A DNA stretch of 46,776 bases, from the IMG/VR virus record IMGVR_UViG_3300025600_000026, positions 1 to 46,776 of that record; one strand, 5' to 3'. The translations under genes were made by a program, and so were the position numbers. The DNA is from a virus (lineage: Duplodnaviria > Caudoviricetes). The notes below the pieces were generated by a model. The model worked only from the letters and a program-made list of their open reading frames with translations. It was not told the DNA's origin and ran no database searches. This document shows, one piece after another, positions 28,694 to 36,750 of this stretch; position 1 is the stretch's first letter; each line of letters starts with the position of its first letter.

Positions 28694-29218
28694 ATGATAA
28701 CACGCGAATATTTACAAAATGTCATGCCAAATGCAAAATACGAAAGAATATTTTTGCTTTTGCCGGCGCTACTTGAGGGGTGCGAAAAATACCAAATAAA
28801 CACTCCGAAACGGGAAAATCAATTTATCGCTCAATTAGCTCACGAATCCGGGGAGTTCAGATACCTGGAAGAGTTGGCCAGCGGCAAAGCATATGAAGGA
28901 CGCAAAGATTTAGGTAATACTCAACCGGGCGATGGAGTGAGATTTAAAGGCCGTGGACTAATTCAAATTACCGGACGGGCAAATTATCAATCGCTATCCA
29001 AAGATTTAGGTTTTGACTTTATTACCCATCCCACAGAATTAGAATTGCCATTTTACGCAGCAATGTCTGCATGTTGGTTTTGGAATAGCAGGGGACTAAA
29101 CGCGATTGCTGATATTGGCGATTTTATCAGGATTACAAAACGAATTAACGGGGGCACGAACGGGATAGTTCAGCGACAAATGTATTTGGATCGTGCAAAT
29201 AAATATAATCCGATTTAA
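28694..29218 (+). CDS. endolysin, glycoside hydrolase family 19
   Basis: FIAQLAHES, YEGRKDLGN, FKGRGLIQITGRANY, ITKRINGG. Confidence 0.93.
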   Translation: MITREYLQNVMPNAKYERIFLLLPALLEGCEKYQINTPKRENQFIAQLAHESGEFRYLEELASGKAYEGRKDLGNTQPGDGVRFKGRGLIQITGRANYQSLSKDLGFDFITHPTELELPFYAAMSACWFWNSRGLNAIADIGDFIRITKRINGGTNGIVQRQMYLDRANKYNPI

Positions 29219-29414
29219 TGAGTGAAGAAATAAGGGAGTTAATTGAACGTTTAAGAATTGAAGATGATGAAAACTGAAATAACACACGAAGCGGTACAGA
29301 AATGGCTCGACAATGAAGGGATCGGGAAAGGAACAAATATTACCCTTCATATGTGTAATTGCTTAATTCGCGATTTTGCAAACGAGGTTATTGAAAAAAC
29401 GAAATCGGAACAAA

Positions 29415-29792
29415 ATGAAAATAATTAAAGCCGGATTTTGGCAGGAATTACATCCAGACGGGAGCGTGACAGATTCATTTATGAGGTTTTTAGAGACCTT
29501 GTTTTTCATATTCCTTTGTGCTTATACTTTCTTTTCATTTATTTACTACGAATCACATTTTCAGGAATACACAAAACTTTTAACTCAAAATTGCATAACC
29601 GAACAGTCTTACAACATGCTTATTTCTCAACTTAAAATCATTGATTGGGATATATTTATGATTTTGGTAATTGCTACGGTTGTACCAAAAGCAATTCAGA
29701 AGTTTGCCGAAATGAAAACCGGAATAAAAGACAGTTCGGAAACAACAGAAACAACAACAAAAACAGAAAAATCAATAACACAACCATCATGA
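29415..29792 (+). CDS. holin-like 2-TM protein
   Basis: S.MR motif, two TM segments, PKAIQKFAE; after the endolysin. Confidence 0.65.
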   Translation: MKIIKAGFWQELHPDGSVTDSFMRFLETLFFIFLCAYTFFSFIYYESHFQEYTKLLTQNCITEQSYNMLISQLKIIDWDIFMILVIATVVPKAIQKFAEMKTGIKDSSETTETTTKTEKSITQPS

Positions 29793-30445
29793 ATAAATAT
29801 CTAAAGTATGCCATTTATGCACTAATCGCAGGAATGTTAATTATTATCATTGTCCAATATTTCAAAATAAAAGGCAAGGACAAAACAATCGATTTGCAGT
29901 CAGTTGAATTATTAATCGCCAACGATAGCGCTAAGATTTACAAAACGAAGGCCGGACAAGTTTATTCACAATTAAATTCCGTCGTAATCGAATCGAATGT
30001 TTTAAAAAAGTCACTTGAATTAACCGGATTAACGATTAAAGAATTAAGACAAAAAGACATTAAATGGCGAAATATTACCGCTACATTACAGGCAGAATTA
30101 GAGGCGTCAGGACATGGCAACACAATATTACATGATACTGTTTACATTGATTCAGCAGGCGTAAAAATACCGGCTAAAGACTTTCAATGGACAAATACTT
30201 ATTTGACATTAGCCGGATTAATCAAAGAGAAAAAAGTTGATCTAAATTATTCGTACAAAGTCAAGTTAAATTCAATAACCGAAACCAAAGGAAATCAAAC
30301 AAAGATTACCATTTACACCGATGACCCTAATGCTAAAATTACATCAGGTTATCAAATCAGTGTGATTAACAAAACGCCTTTTTACAAGAAGTGGTATATT
30401 TGGGCCAGCGCTGGATTGGTGGGTGGTTATTTTATCGCAAAGTAG
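29789..30445 (+). CDS. spanin-like lysis protein (DUF6549-like)
   Basis: N-terminal TM, periplasmic coiled coil, HDTVYID, C-terminal W...GLVGGY; last gene of the late operon. Confidence 0.6.
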   Translation: MNKYLKYAIYALIAGMLIIIIVQYFKIKGKDKTIDLQSVELLIANDSAKIYKTKAGQVYSQLNSVVIESNVLKKSLELTGLTIKELRQKDIKWRNITATLQAELEASGHGNTILHDTVYIDSAGVKIPAKDFQWTNTYLTLAGLIKEKKVDLNYSYKVKLNSITETKGNQTKITIYTDDPNAKITSGYQISVINKTPFYKKWYIWASAGLVGGYFIAK

Positions 30446-30476
30446 TTTAGTATTGATTTAATGATTACATTTGAAA

Positions 30477-30540
30477 ATCGTTTTTAAAGTAAGTTAGTTA
30501 GTAATTCAGGCCCGCAGGATTCCCAGTCTTGCGGGTTTTT
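30477..30540 (+). ncRNA. candidate trans-acting antisense sRNA
   Basis: TACATTTG box at 30466-30473; 5' ATCGTTTTTAAAGT; terminator 30508-30540; no ORF. Confidence 0.6.
30508..30540 (+). terminator. intrinsic terminator at the late/early boundary
   Basis: GGCCCGCAGGAT-TCCCA-GTCTTGCGGGTT followed by TTT. Confidence 0.85.
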
Positions 30541-30563
30541 ACATTATATCAATCACTTACAAA

Positions 30564-30643
30564 AACATGTTTTATAACATGTGATCGAAAGTGAAAATAA
30601 ATCACAAATAATTAGGAGTAGTTTAATATAGTCGCTATATTTG
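30564..30643 (+). promoter_or_regulatory. tandem operator and early-region promoter
   Basis: AACATGTT-TTAT-AACATGTG; TATATTTG at 30636-30643. Confidence 0.65.
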
Positions 30644-30676
30644 TCGTATTGAATTACACATTTAAAAAACGACAAA

Positions 30677-30859
30677 ATGACAACCGCAACCGAAAGTAAA
30701 TTAAGAGATGAGTGGAGGGGTTTAAATATTCAATTAAATCAGATTTTCAGGACTATTAAAATGAATACCGCATCCGGTTATGTATTCGGAGAAGAGCATT
30801 TATCATGGGTTGAATCACTGAAAGAAAGACGGGATTATTTAACAACTATTGTAAAATGA
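30677..30859 (+). CDS. hypothetical early protein
   Basis: First ORF after the promoter. Confidence 0.6.
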   Translation: MTTATESKLRDEWRGLNIQLNQIFRTIKMNTASGYVFGEEHLSWVESLKERRDYLTTIVK

Positions 30860-31165
30860 AAAAGAAAACTGAAAAAAGAGATTGGAGTAAGCTAACAATC
30901 GAAGAAAAGCGAAGGATAATAAAACTGGCAGACAGTTTGTATATTTCCCCAATGTTTGTACAGGATATGTACGAAAACGGATCAATTTCTTAATTAATTT
31001 TAACCCTGCGCTATCGGGATCGGGCAAATAAAATGACACACAAACAATTAAGAGATTTATGCCATTTCCAATATTGGTTGGGATCTAATTATACGACACT
31101 CCCCACTAATTCGGTAGAAATGACAAAACGAGCATTCGAATATTTAAAATACAAAAAAGGATCAG

Positions 31166-31498
31166 ATGAAAACAATCACAGAAGAAATATACAACAGATA
31201 CCCTAATTCTGAAAGTAGCGATATATATCCCGTAAGATTACAATATATTTTAAATGCAGAAAAGGGTGCATTTAGCGAAGGAATTAGATTTGCTCAAAAG
31301 TTTATTTCTATTAATAAAGAATTACCAGAAGAAAATAGTAATGGATTTAGTGAGTTAGTAATAACTAAAAACAGTTTTGATAATTATATGCTCGAAAGGT
31401 ATGATTTTGAAGGTAAATGTTTTAACGGTATCAGATACGACGCAAAAGAAGCAGGAGATGGACAAGTTTCTCATTGGAGACCAATAGAACTAAAATAA
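31166..31498 (+). CDS. DUF551-like protein
   Basis: FISINKELP...VSHWRPIE. Confidence 0.7.
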   Translation: MKTITEEIYNRYPNSESSDIYPVRLQYILNAEKGAFSEGIRFAQKFISINKELPEENSNGFSELVITKNSFDNYMLERYDFEGKCFNGIRYDAKEAGDGQVSHWRPIELK

Positions 31499-31518
31499 TT
31501 ATTAAATATAAAAATAAA

Positions 31519-31695
31519 ATGAGCTATTCAAAAATCAAACTTGACGGCACAACTTCCGAAAAAGCAGGACGTAAGCCACTTCCAAAAGGTGAAAAGAAAT
31601 TGAAATTTACTATGTACGAATACCCTAAAATCATCACTTTAAACGGTGGGATGTATAAGATGAAAGAAACAATGTTAAACAGTTTAAAACGATAA
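31519..31695 (+). CDS. small basic DNA-binding protein
   Basis: AGRKPLP AT-hook-like motif. Confidence 0.55.
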   Translation: MSYSKIKLDGTTSEKAGRKPLPKGEKKLKFTMYEYPKIITLNGGMYKMKETMLNSLKR

Positions 31696-31774
31696 CCATG
31701 TGGGAAATAATCGTACTTGCCGGAATACTATCAATTTTAATCAGTTCGCTAATTTTACCTAAAAACGACTCAAA

Positions 31775-31978
31775 ATGAAAACAGAATTACAATATTTGTT
31801 CGGCCCTGAAATTTCGATAGGGATATTGCTATCAGTTATTTTACTTGCTTTATTAACCGGATTAGGTTATTTACTACTTCGCTATTTTGAAGCTAAAGAA
31901 AAGCGCGATAACGAACTTGAAACAAGATACAAACACAGGGAGCTGGGTAATGCTGATTTGTATCAACGCAAGCATTAA
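31775..31978 (+). CDS. small membrane protein
   Basis: One long TM segment. Confidence 0.6.
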   Translation: MKTELQYLFGPEISIGILLSVILLALLTGLGYLLLRYFEAKEKRDNELETRYKHRELGNADLYQRKH

Positions 31979-32278
31979 AACATCCGAGGTTTAGTTGAGC
32001 CTCCGATTTGTTATAGTCTGGTTTTCTTAGCCTATCATAGCGATACAGACACCTTTTTTTGTTACATGCCTCCGGTCATACAGGAATTTGATCGGAGGCA
32101 GTCAGAACTTTAAAAACGATATTGAGATGAGCGAAATTAAATGTAGAAAATGCGGAGATGAACCCGATCAGAAAGCGTTAATTTCCGGTAAATGTAGCTG
32201 GTGCGGCTAAGAATTACCCGAAGAAAATGAGTTTGATCAATTTGAAGGATGCGGAATGGATTCAGAACTTTAATTCTA

Positions 32279-32331
32279 AACATGTTTAAAAACATGTTTT
32301 GTAATACCGATTATCATTTAGCTTATCTTTG
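32279..32331 (+). promoter_or_regulatory. tandem operator plus -7 box
   Basis: AACATGTT-TAAA-AACATGTT, 25 nt gap, TATCTTTG. Confidence 0.7.
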
Positions 32332-32357
32332 AAGTACAATTTAAAAACGATACGAAA

Positions 32358-32531
32358 ATGGAAAAACAACCTTTAGACGAGTTACTGAAAACCTACAAGA
32401 TTAGGTTAAAAACGGTATTGTTCATGCTTGACGGTCTTAACGAAAAAGACGAAGATACTATAAAGCGATTGACTGTTAAAATAGGATGTTATAGAACTTT
32501 CATTAATGAATTAGAGGAGGTTTTATCATGA
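32358..32531 (+). CDS. small hypothetical protein, not in the ORF track
   Basis: MEKQPLDELLKTYKIRL...ELEEVLS directly after the promoter. Confidence 0.55.
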   Translation: MEKQPLDELLKTYKIRLKTVLFMLDGLNEKDEDTIKRLTVKIGCYRTFINELEEVLS

Positions 32532-32713
32532 AATATGCACGCTACGATTATGATTCGCCAGATGGAATGTACGAACCCGATAACGAACCATCACAGGCAG
32601 ATATGGATGCTGATAAGTGCGATAATGACGAAGATTCAGAATAAATAAATAATTAAAAGATACAAAGTTAGCAATTAATTTTGTATCTTTACTACACTTT
32701 AAAAACGATAAAA

Positions 32714-33202
32714 ATGGAAACGAAAACACATTGGAAAAAAGCATTTAAGTCCGACTATTTGAGTGCGGCAGACATTGACGACAAAGATGTCATTTTAACT
32801 ATTGAAAAAGTAGTTTACAAAGAATGTATAACAGCATCAGGTAAAAAGTTTTGCAACGTAGCGATATTTAAAGAAAAGGATATTAAGCCAATGATTCTAA
32901 ACGTCACCAATTCAAAACTAATCAAAAAGTTTGCCGGTAATCATCAGCATCTTGAAGATTGGAATAATATTCCGGTTAGGATTTACGTTGATGCAAAAGT
33001 GAAGTTTGGCAGCGATATAGTTGAGGGGTTAAGAATACGCGATACACAACCATCAGCAGCAAAACCAAAATTAACTAAAGATATGCCAGCGTGGAAAAAT
33101 GCACTTCAAGCACTAAAAGACGGCAAATCAATTACAGTAATTGAAGATCGTTACGATATTGCAGACGTTAAAAAAGAACTTTTATTTGAAGCTGAACAAT
33201 GA
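32714..33202 (+). CDS. putative ssDNA-annealing/recombination protein
   Basis: THWKK...YL.A.D, KPMILN.TN.K, VEGLRIR; coupled to the YqaJ exonuclease gene. Confidence 0.6.
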   Translation: METKTHWKKAFKSDYLSAADIDDKDVILTIEKVVYKECITASGKKFCNVAIFKEKDIKPMILNVTNSKLIKKFAGNHQHLEDWNNIPVRIYVDAKVKFGSDIVEGLRIRDTQPSAAKPKLTKDMPAWKNALQALKDGKSITVIEDRYDIADVKKELLFEAEQ

Positions 33203-33798
33203 TTAAACATTACGACACAGATCAAAATTCAGAAGATTGGGATTCGTTGAGGCGTGGAAAATTTACCGCCTCAACATTTTCCGATTTGTTTATGGCAAAA
33301 ACTACGAAAGGTTATCAGGATGCAATTATAAAAGTAGCTTACGAAAGAGTAACAGATGAAAGCGAAGAGTTTTATAATAACAAATGGATGCAACGGGGCC
33401 ACGAAAAAGAACCTTTGGCATGTGAAAATTATGAAAACGAAACTTTTACCTTTCTTGAAAATGCTGGATTTTACGAGTATGATGAATTTACCGGCGCAAG
33501 TCCTGACAGAAAAATAGTCGGAATAAATGGAGGGTGTGAATTTAAATGCCCGTCTTTTCAAGTTTATCACGAATACCTGGAAACTAAAAAGATTCCTAAA
33601 TCATACTTTTGGCAGATTCACGGGCAACTACTTTGTACCGGATGGGATTTTATAGACTATATGCCATTTTCAAGCCCTAATTTGAAACAAATACTCATAA
33701 GAGTAGAAAGGGATGAGTTAATACTTGAAGAGTTAAAAGAGAAGCTAATTACAAGCATTGAAGAGGTAAAACAATTAATCGAAAAAATAAAAAGATAA
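33199..33798 (+). CDS. YqaJ/lambda-type exonuclease
   Basis: R.GKFTAS, MQRG.E.EP, GASPD, EFKCP, YFWQIHGQ. Confidence 0.9.
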   Translation: MIKHYDTDQNSEDWDSLRRGKFTASTFSDLFMAKTTKGYQDAIIKVAYERVTDESEEFYNNKWMQRGHEKEPLACENYENETFTFLENAGFYEYDEFTGASPDRKIVGINGGCEFKCPSFQVYHEYLETKKIPKSYFWQIHGQLLCTGWDFIDYMPFSSPNLKQILIRVERDELILEELKEKLITSIEEVKQLIEKIKR

Positions 33799-33802
33799 AA
33801 TC

Positions 33803-34153
33803 ATGTTTACATCAAAAGGAACAATTACTGCAATTTTACCGGAAATTACCGGCACGTCATCGAAAGGCGATTGGCACAAAAGAGACTTTGTAATTAAGGA
33901 AAGCGAAGGACAATATCCAGAAGAGATTTGCTTCACGTCCTTTAATGACAAATCAGACCTTTTTAACCGCGTTAAGGTAGGTAATGAAGTAAACGTATCA
34001 TTTAATATTAAATCGCGCGAATATCAGGGCAAATACTTCACAAATCTAACTTCATTTAGGGTTGATGCAACCGGCAAACAAAACGAACCGGCGCAATTTG
34101 ATTCACGGCAACCGATATCCAACGAAGGGGACGAACAAGATTTGCCATTTTAA
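33803..34153 (+). CDS. SSB-like protein (DUF3127)
   Basis: G.S..G.W.KRDFV, QYP..I.F, SREYQGKYFT; acidic DLPF tail. Confidence 0.85.
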   Translation: MFTSKGTITAILPEITGTSSKGDWHKRDFVIKESEGQYPEEICFTSFNDKSDLFNRVKVGNEVNVSFNIKSREYQGKYFTNLTSFRVDATGKQNEPAQFDSRQPISNEGDEQDLPF

Positions 34154-34221
34154 AAAGGTAAATTTATTTGCAATTACCATTTTAATGCTTATCTTTGTGA
34201 TTATTCATTTAAATTAATAAG

Positions 34222-34752
34222 ATGGAAAGAACAAAGATTTGCTTTAAATGTGGAGAGTTAAAAAACTTATCTGAATATTATAAGCATCCCGCAATGGGTG
34301 ACGGTCATTTAGGTAAGTGCAAAAAATGCACTAAGATAGACACGAAAAAACGATCTGATATCACAACTTCTACACCTGAAGGATTAGATAAAGAAAGGGA
34401 ACGACACAGAGAAAAATATTATCGTTTAAATTATCTTGAAAAGCATAAACCATCACCAGAAGTGAAAAAAATATCCATGGATAAATATTACAAAAGGTAC
34501 CCTGAAAAGTATGCTGCTAAATGCGCGAGCGGTCATTTACCTACAATCGAAGGAGTTGAAAAACATCATTGGTCATATAATAAAGATCATTATAGGGACG
34601 TCATTCACGTTACCGACGAAGATCACAGTACAGCGCACAGATTTATTATTTACGATCAGGAAAGAATGATGTATCGAAAATTAACCGGTGAATTATTAGA
34701 TACGAGAATATCACATGAAGAATACATTAATTCAGTAATTGAACGTAAATGA
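34222..34752 (+). CDS. zinc-finger HNH-like endonuclease
   Basis: CFKC..K.LSEYYKH.....LGKCKKC and EKHHWSY...H..AH. Confidence 0.7.
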   Translation: MERTKICFKCGELKNLSEYYKHPAMGDGHLGKCKKCTKIDTKKRSDITTSTPEGLDKERERHREKYYRLNYLEKHKPSPEVKKISMDKYYKRYPEKYAAKCASGHLPTIEGVEKHHWSYNKDHYRDVIHVTDEDHSTAHRFIIYDQERMMYRKLTGELLDTRISHEEYINSVIERK

Positions 34753-34900
34753 ATCCCGAAAAACAATCACCTGGCAGTCATTCAAAGTTAAGCAAGCTCA
34801 ACGGTAATGACAGCCAAAAATTAAAAGAATCCGGAATAACATCTCCGGACTTAAGTAAACTTAAAGCGATTAAATTAAACGATAAAACAACAATTTACAG

Positions 34901-35143
34901 ATGAAAGAAATATTTTCAATAGAAAAAGGATGGGGCGAATCATCTACGTATTTCACGGCGGACCCAAAAAGAGAAGGATCAATAGTGTTTGTAAATGAAA
35001 TAAGGCAGGAAATGAAAGATGTTGGTCCGGGCTCAGTAATGGTTTATCGCGGATATTTATTCCCAGACAGTTTTAAGGACAATTCGACGAAACTTGTTTT
35101 TGAAATAGAGGCTGGCAGTCAATTAACATTGATTTATAAATGA
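34901..35143 (+). CDS. hypothetical protein
   Basis: 80 aa coupled ORF. Confidence 0.55.
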   Translation: MKEIFSIEKGWGESSTYFTADPKREGSIVFVNEIRQEMKDVGPGSVMVYRGYLFPDSFKDNSTKLVFEIEAGSQLTLIYK

Positions 35144-35577
35144 AATTCCATTGCAAGGTTTTAGACAAAAACGCTCTTTCACATGAAACCGATGAGGACT
35201 TTAAAAACTGGTTAAAATTGAAAGACGGTGACTATTGCGAGATTGAAACATGGAAAGAACGAAACGTAACTAACCATCGAAGATTCTTTGCGCTACTCAA
35301 CCGGACTATTTATTTATTGCCAGAAGATCCGGAATATGACAAACTTCGAAACATTGAATATTTACGCAAAGAGTTGATGATTTTAATTGGTCAAGTCGAT
35401 ACTCACATTACAATGAAAGGTGAGTTAATATTAATTCCGAAATCAATTAGCTTCAAATCTATGGACGACGTAGAGTTTAACAGGATTTATCACCTTTGCA
35501 CAGGCAAGATCGTTAATACGTTCTTAAAAGACATTTCACTCGAAGATTTTGAAACTTATATTCTTAAATTTATTTAA
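35140..35577 (+). CDS. DUF1367/NinB-like protein
   Basis: RN...HRRFFALL and PKSISF.SMD..EF..IY. Confidence 0.75.
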   Translation: MKFHCKVLDKNALSHETDEDFKNWLKLKDGDYCEIETWKERNVTNHRRFFALLNRTIYLLPEDPEYDKLRNIEYLRKELMILIGQVDTHITMKGELILIPKSISFKSMDDVEFNRIYHLCTGKIVNTFLKDISLEDFETYILKFI

Positions 35578-35578
35578 C

Positions 35579-35920
35579 ATGAAAACAGGAATCGATTTGA
35601 TCACAGAAGAAAGAAAAGAACAAATTGAAAAACACGGATGGGATCACGATGACGAATATGTATCAGGTCAACTATTGAGCGCATCTAAGTATTGTCTAAC
35701 TTTGAGCATTTCTGATTATCCAGACGATTGGGGAGATTGGTTTTCTGAAAAAGTCATGAAAAAAAAGAAAAGAATGTCATGCTTCGCCTTCGATATTGAA
35801 ATGAAGAAAATTGCGGGGGCTTTTATTGTCGCAGAAATTGACAGGCTTAAAAATATGGTTAAATCTATTGCGGATGATATAGATAGAGCTCAAATATCGG
35901 AAATGAACAGCATAGAATAA
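35579..35920 (+). CDS. hypothetical phage protein
   Basis: MKTGIDLI.EER.EQI.KHG..HDD...AGA.I.AEIDRL, a common phage family. Confidence 0.7.
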   Translation: MKTGIDLITEERKEQIEKHGWDHDDEYVSGQLLSASKYCLTLSISDYPDDWGDWFSEKVMKKKKRMSCFAFDIEMKKIAGAFIVAEIDRLKNMVKSIADDIDRAQISEMNSIE

Positions 35921-35921
35921 C

Positions 35922-36092
35922 ATGAAAAAACTACTTTTATTCTTATTTTTACTCTCTATTTTATCCTCATGCGTGACAGTTAAGAGATCACATTCAAAAG
36001 TAATGTATGCTAAACGAGCGGCATTTATTAAGTCGCACGGGGAGCCACAAAACGAATTTTTTGATCGGAAATGTCCGAATGTGTTTAGATAA
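35922..36092 (+). CDS. small lipoprotein, not in the ORF track
   Basis: MKKLLLFLFLLSILSS-C lipobox, 56 aa. Confidence 0.65.
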   Translation: MKKLLLFLFLLSILSSCVTVKRSHSKVMYAKRAAFIKSHGEPQNEFFDRKCPNVFR

Positions 36093-36096
36093 TTAC

Positions 36097-36104
36097 TATA
36101 TTTG
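36097..36104 (+). promoter_or_regulatory. -7 promoter box of the tmRNA gene
   Basis: TATATTTG just upstream of the acceptor piece. Confidence 0.7.
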
Positions 36105-36109
36105 TACCT

Positions 36110-36400
36110 TATAATATCCGTTGAAGTTATTTGAAAAGCTGTTAAGACGTGGGTTCGACTCCCACCACCTCCACGCTAATCGCCAATTAGTAACGTTTCT
36201 TCCTATTTTCTTCGATATAAAAGAAACTTGGCTCCGGGGGTGACTGGTTTTGATTAGCAGAAAAGTAGATTAATTGAGGGTATTACAGCCAATAACAGGC
36301 AAAACAATTGAAATGAAAATGGCGGCTTAGAGCTGTACAGATTCAAAATTCAGTAAGCATCAGGTGTAGTTCGTCATCTAAACGTGGCACGACTGAATTT
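36110..36400 (+). ncRNA. ssrA: circularly permuted (two-piece) tmRNA
   Basis: Acceptor piece CTGTTAA-GAC-GTGGG-TTCGACT-CCCAC-CACCTCC-A (to 36173) precedes coding piece GGGGGTG-ACTGGTTTTGA-TTAGCAG (from 36236); G3.U70; ATAACA then tag GKTIEMKMAA* (36298-36330). Confidence 0.88.
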
Positions 36401-36553
36401 ATTTTTAAAATTTGTTTGAATTGTCAAAAAGATTGATTAATATTGTCACGGTTAATACAATTTATTTTAAGAATATTTTTGAGACCGTCGAGATGACAGG
36501 CAGACCGGATGGAAGTTCCGGTTTTAATTTCGTAAAATTTGTAAAAAAATAAC

Positions 36554-36715
36554 ATGAAGAAAATAAAAATCAAAGACATTGATCCTAACAAGTTGATTAC
36601 TAAATCAGAATACGCAAAACTTATTAAATCAAATCCGGTTCAGGTTCAGAGATTGATAGATAGGGGAGAGGTTACTATTGTGGTTGCCAAAGGAACCGAA
36701 TTGATACACCTGTAA
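36554..36715 (+). CDS. small HTH/excisionase-like DNA-binding protein, not in the ORF track
   Basis: LITKSEYAKLIKSNPVQVQRLIDRGEV. Confidence 0.65.
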   Translation: MKKIKIKDIDPNKLITKSEYAKLIKSNPVQVQRLIDRGEVTIVVAKGTELIHL

Positions 36716-36750
36716 TTTTTTTTTGATTTAAAAAGTTAATAATTAACACT

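Noticed and set aside
36139-36173. Stand-alone tRNA fragment or attP site
   Set aside because: It pairs fully with the downstream GGGGGTG and TTAGCAG segments and has its own promoter, and no integrase is nearby; it is better explained as the tmRNA acceptor piece
36437-36525. Fourth kissing-loop leader before the HTH/initiator genes
   Set aside because: It has an AAGAATATTT linker and an ACGGT/ACCGT match, but the second site is not in a hairpin loop and only small hairpins (GTC/GAC, CCGGA/TCCGG) form
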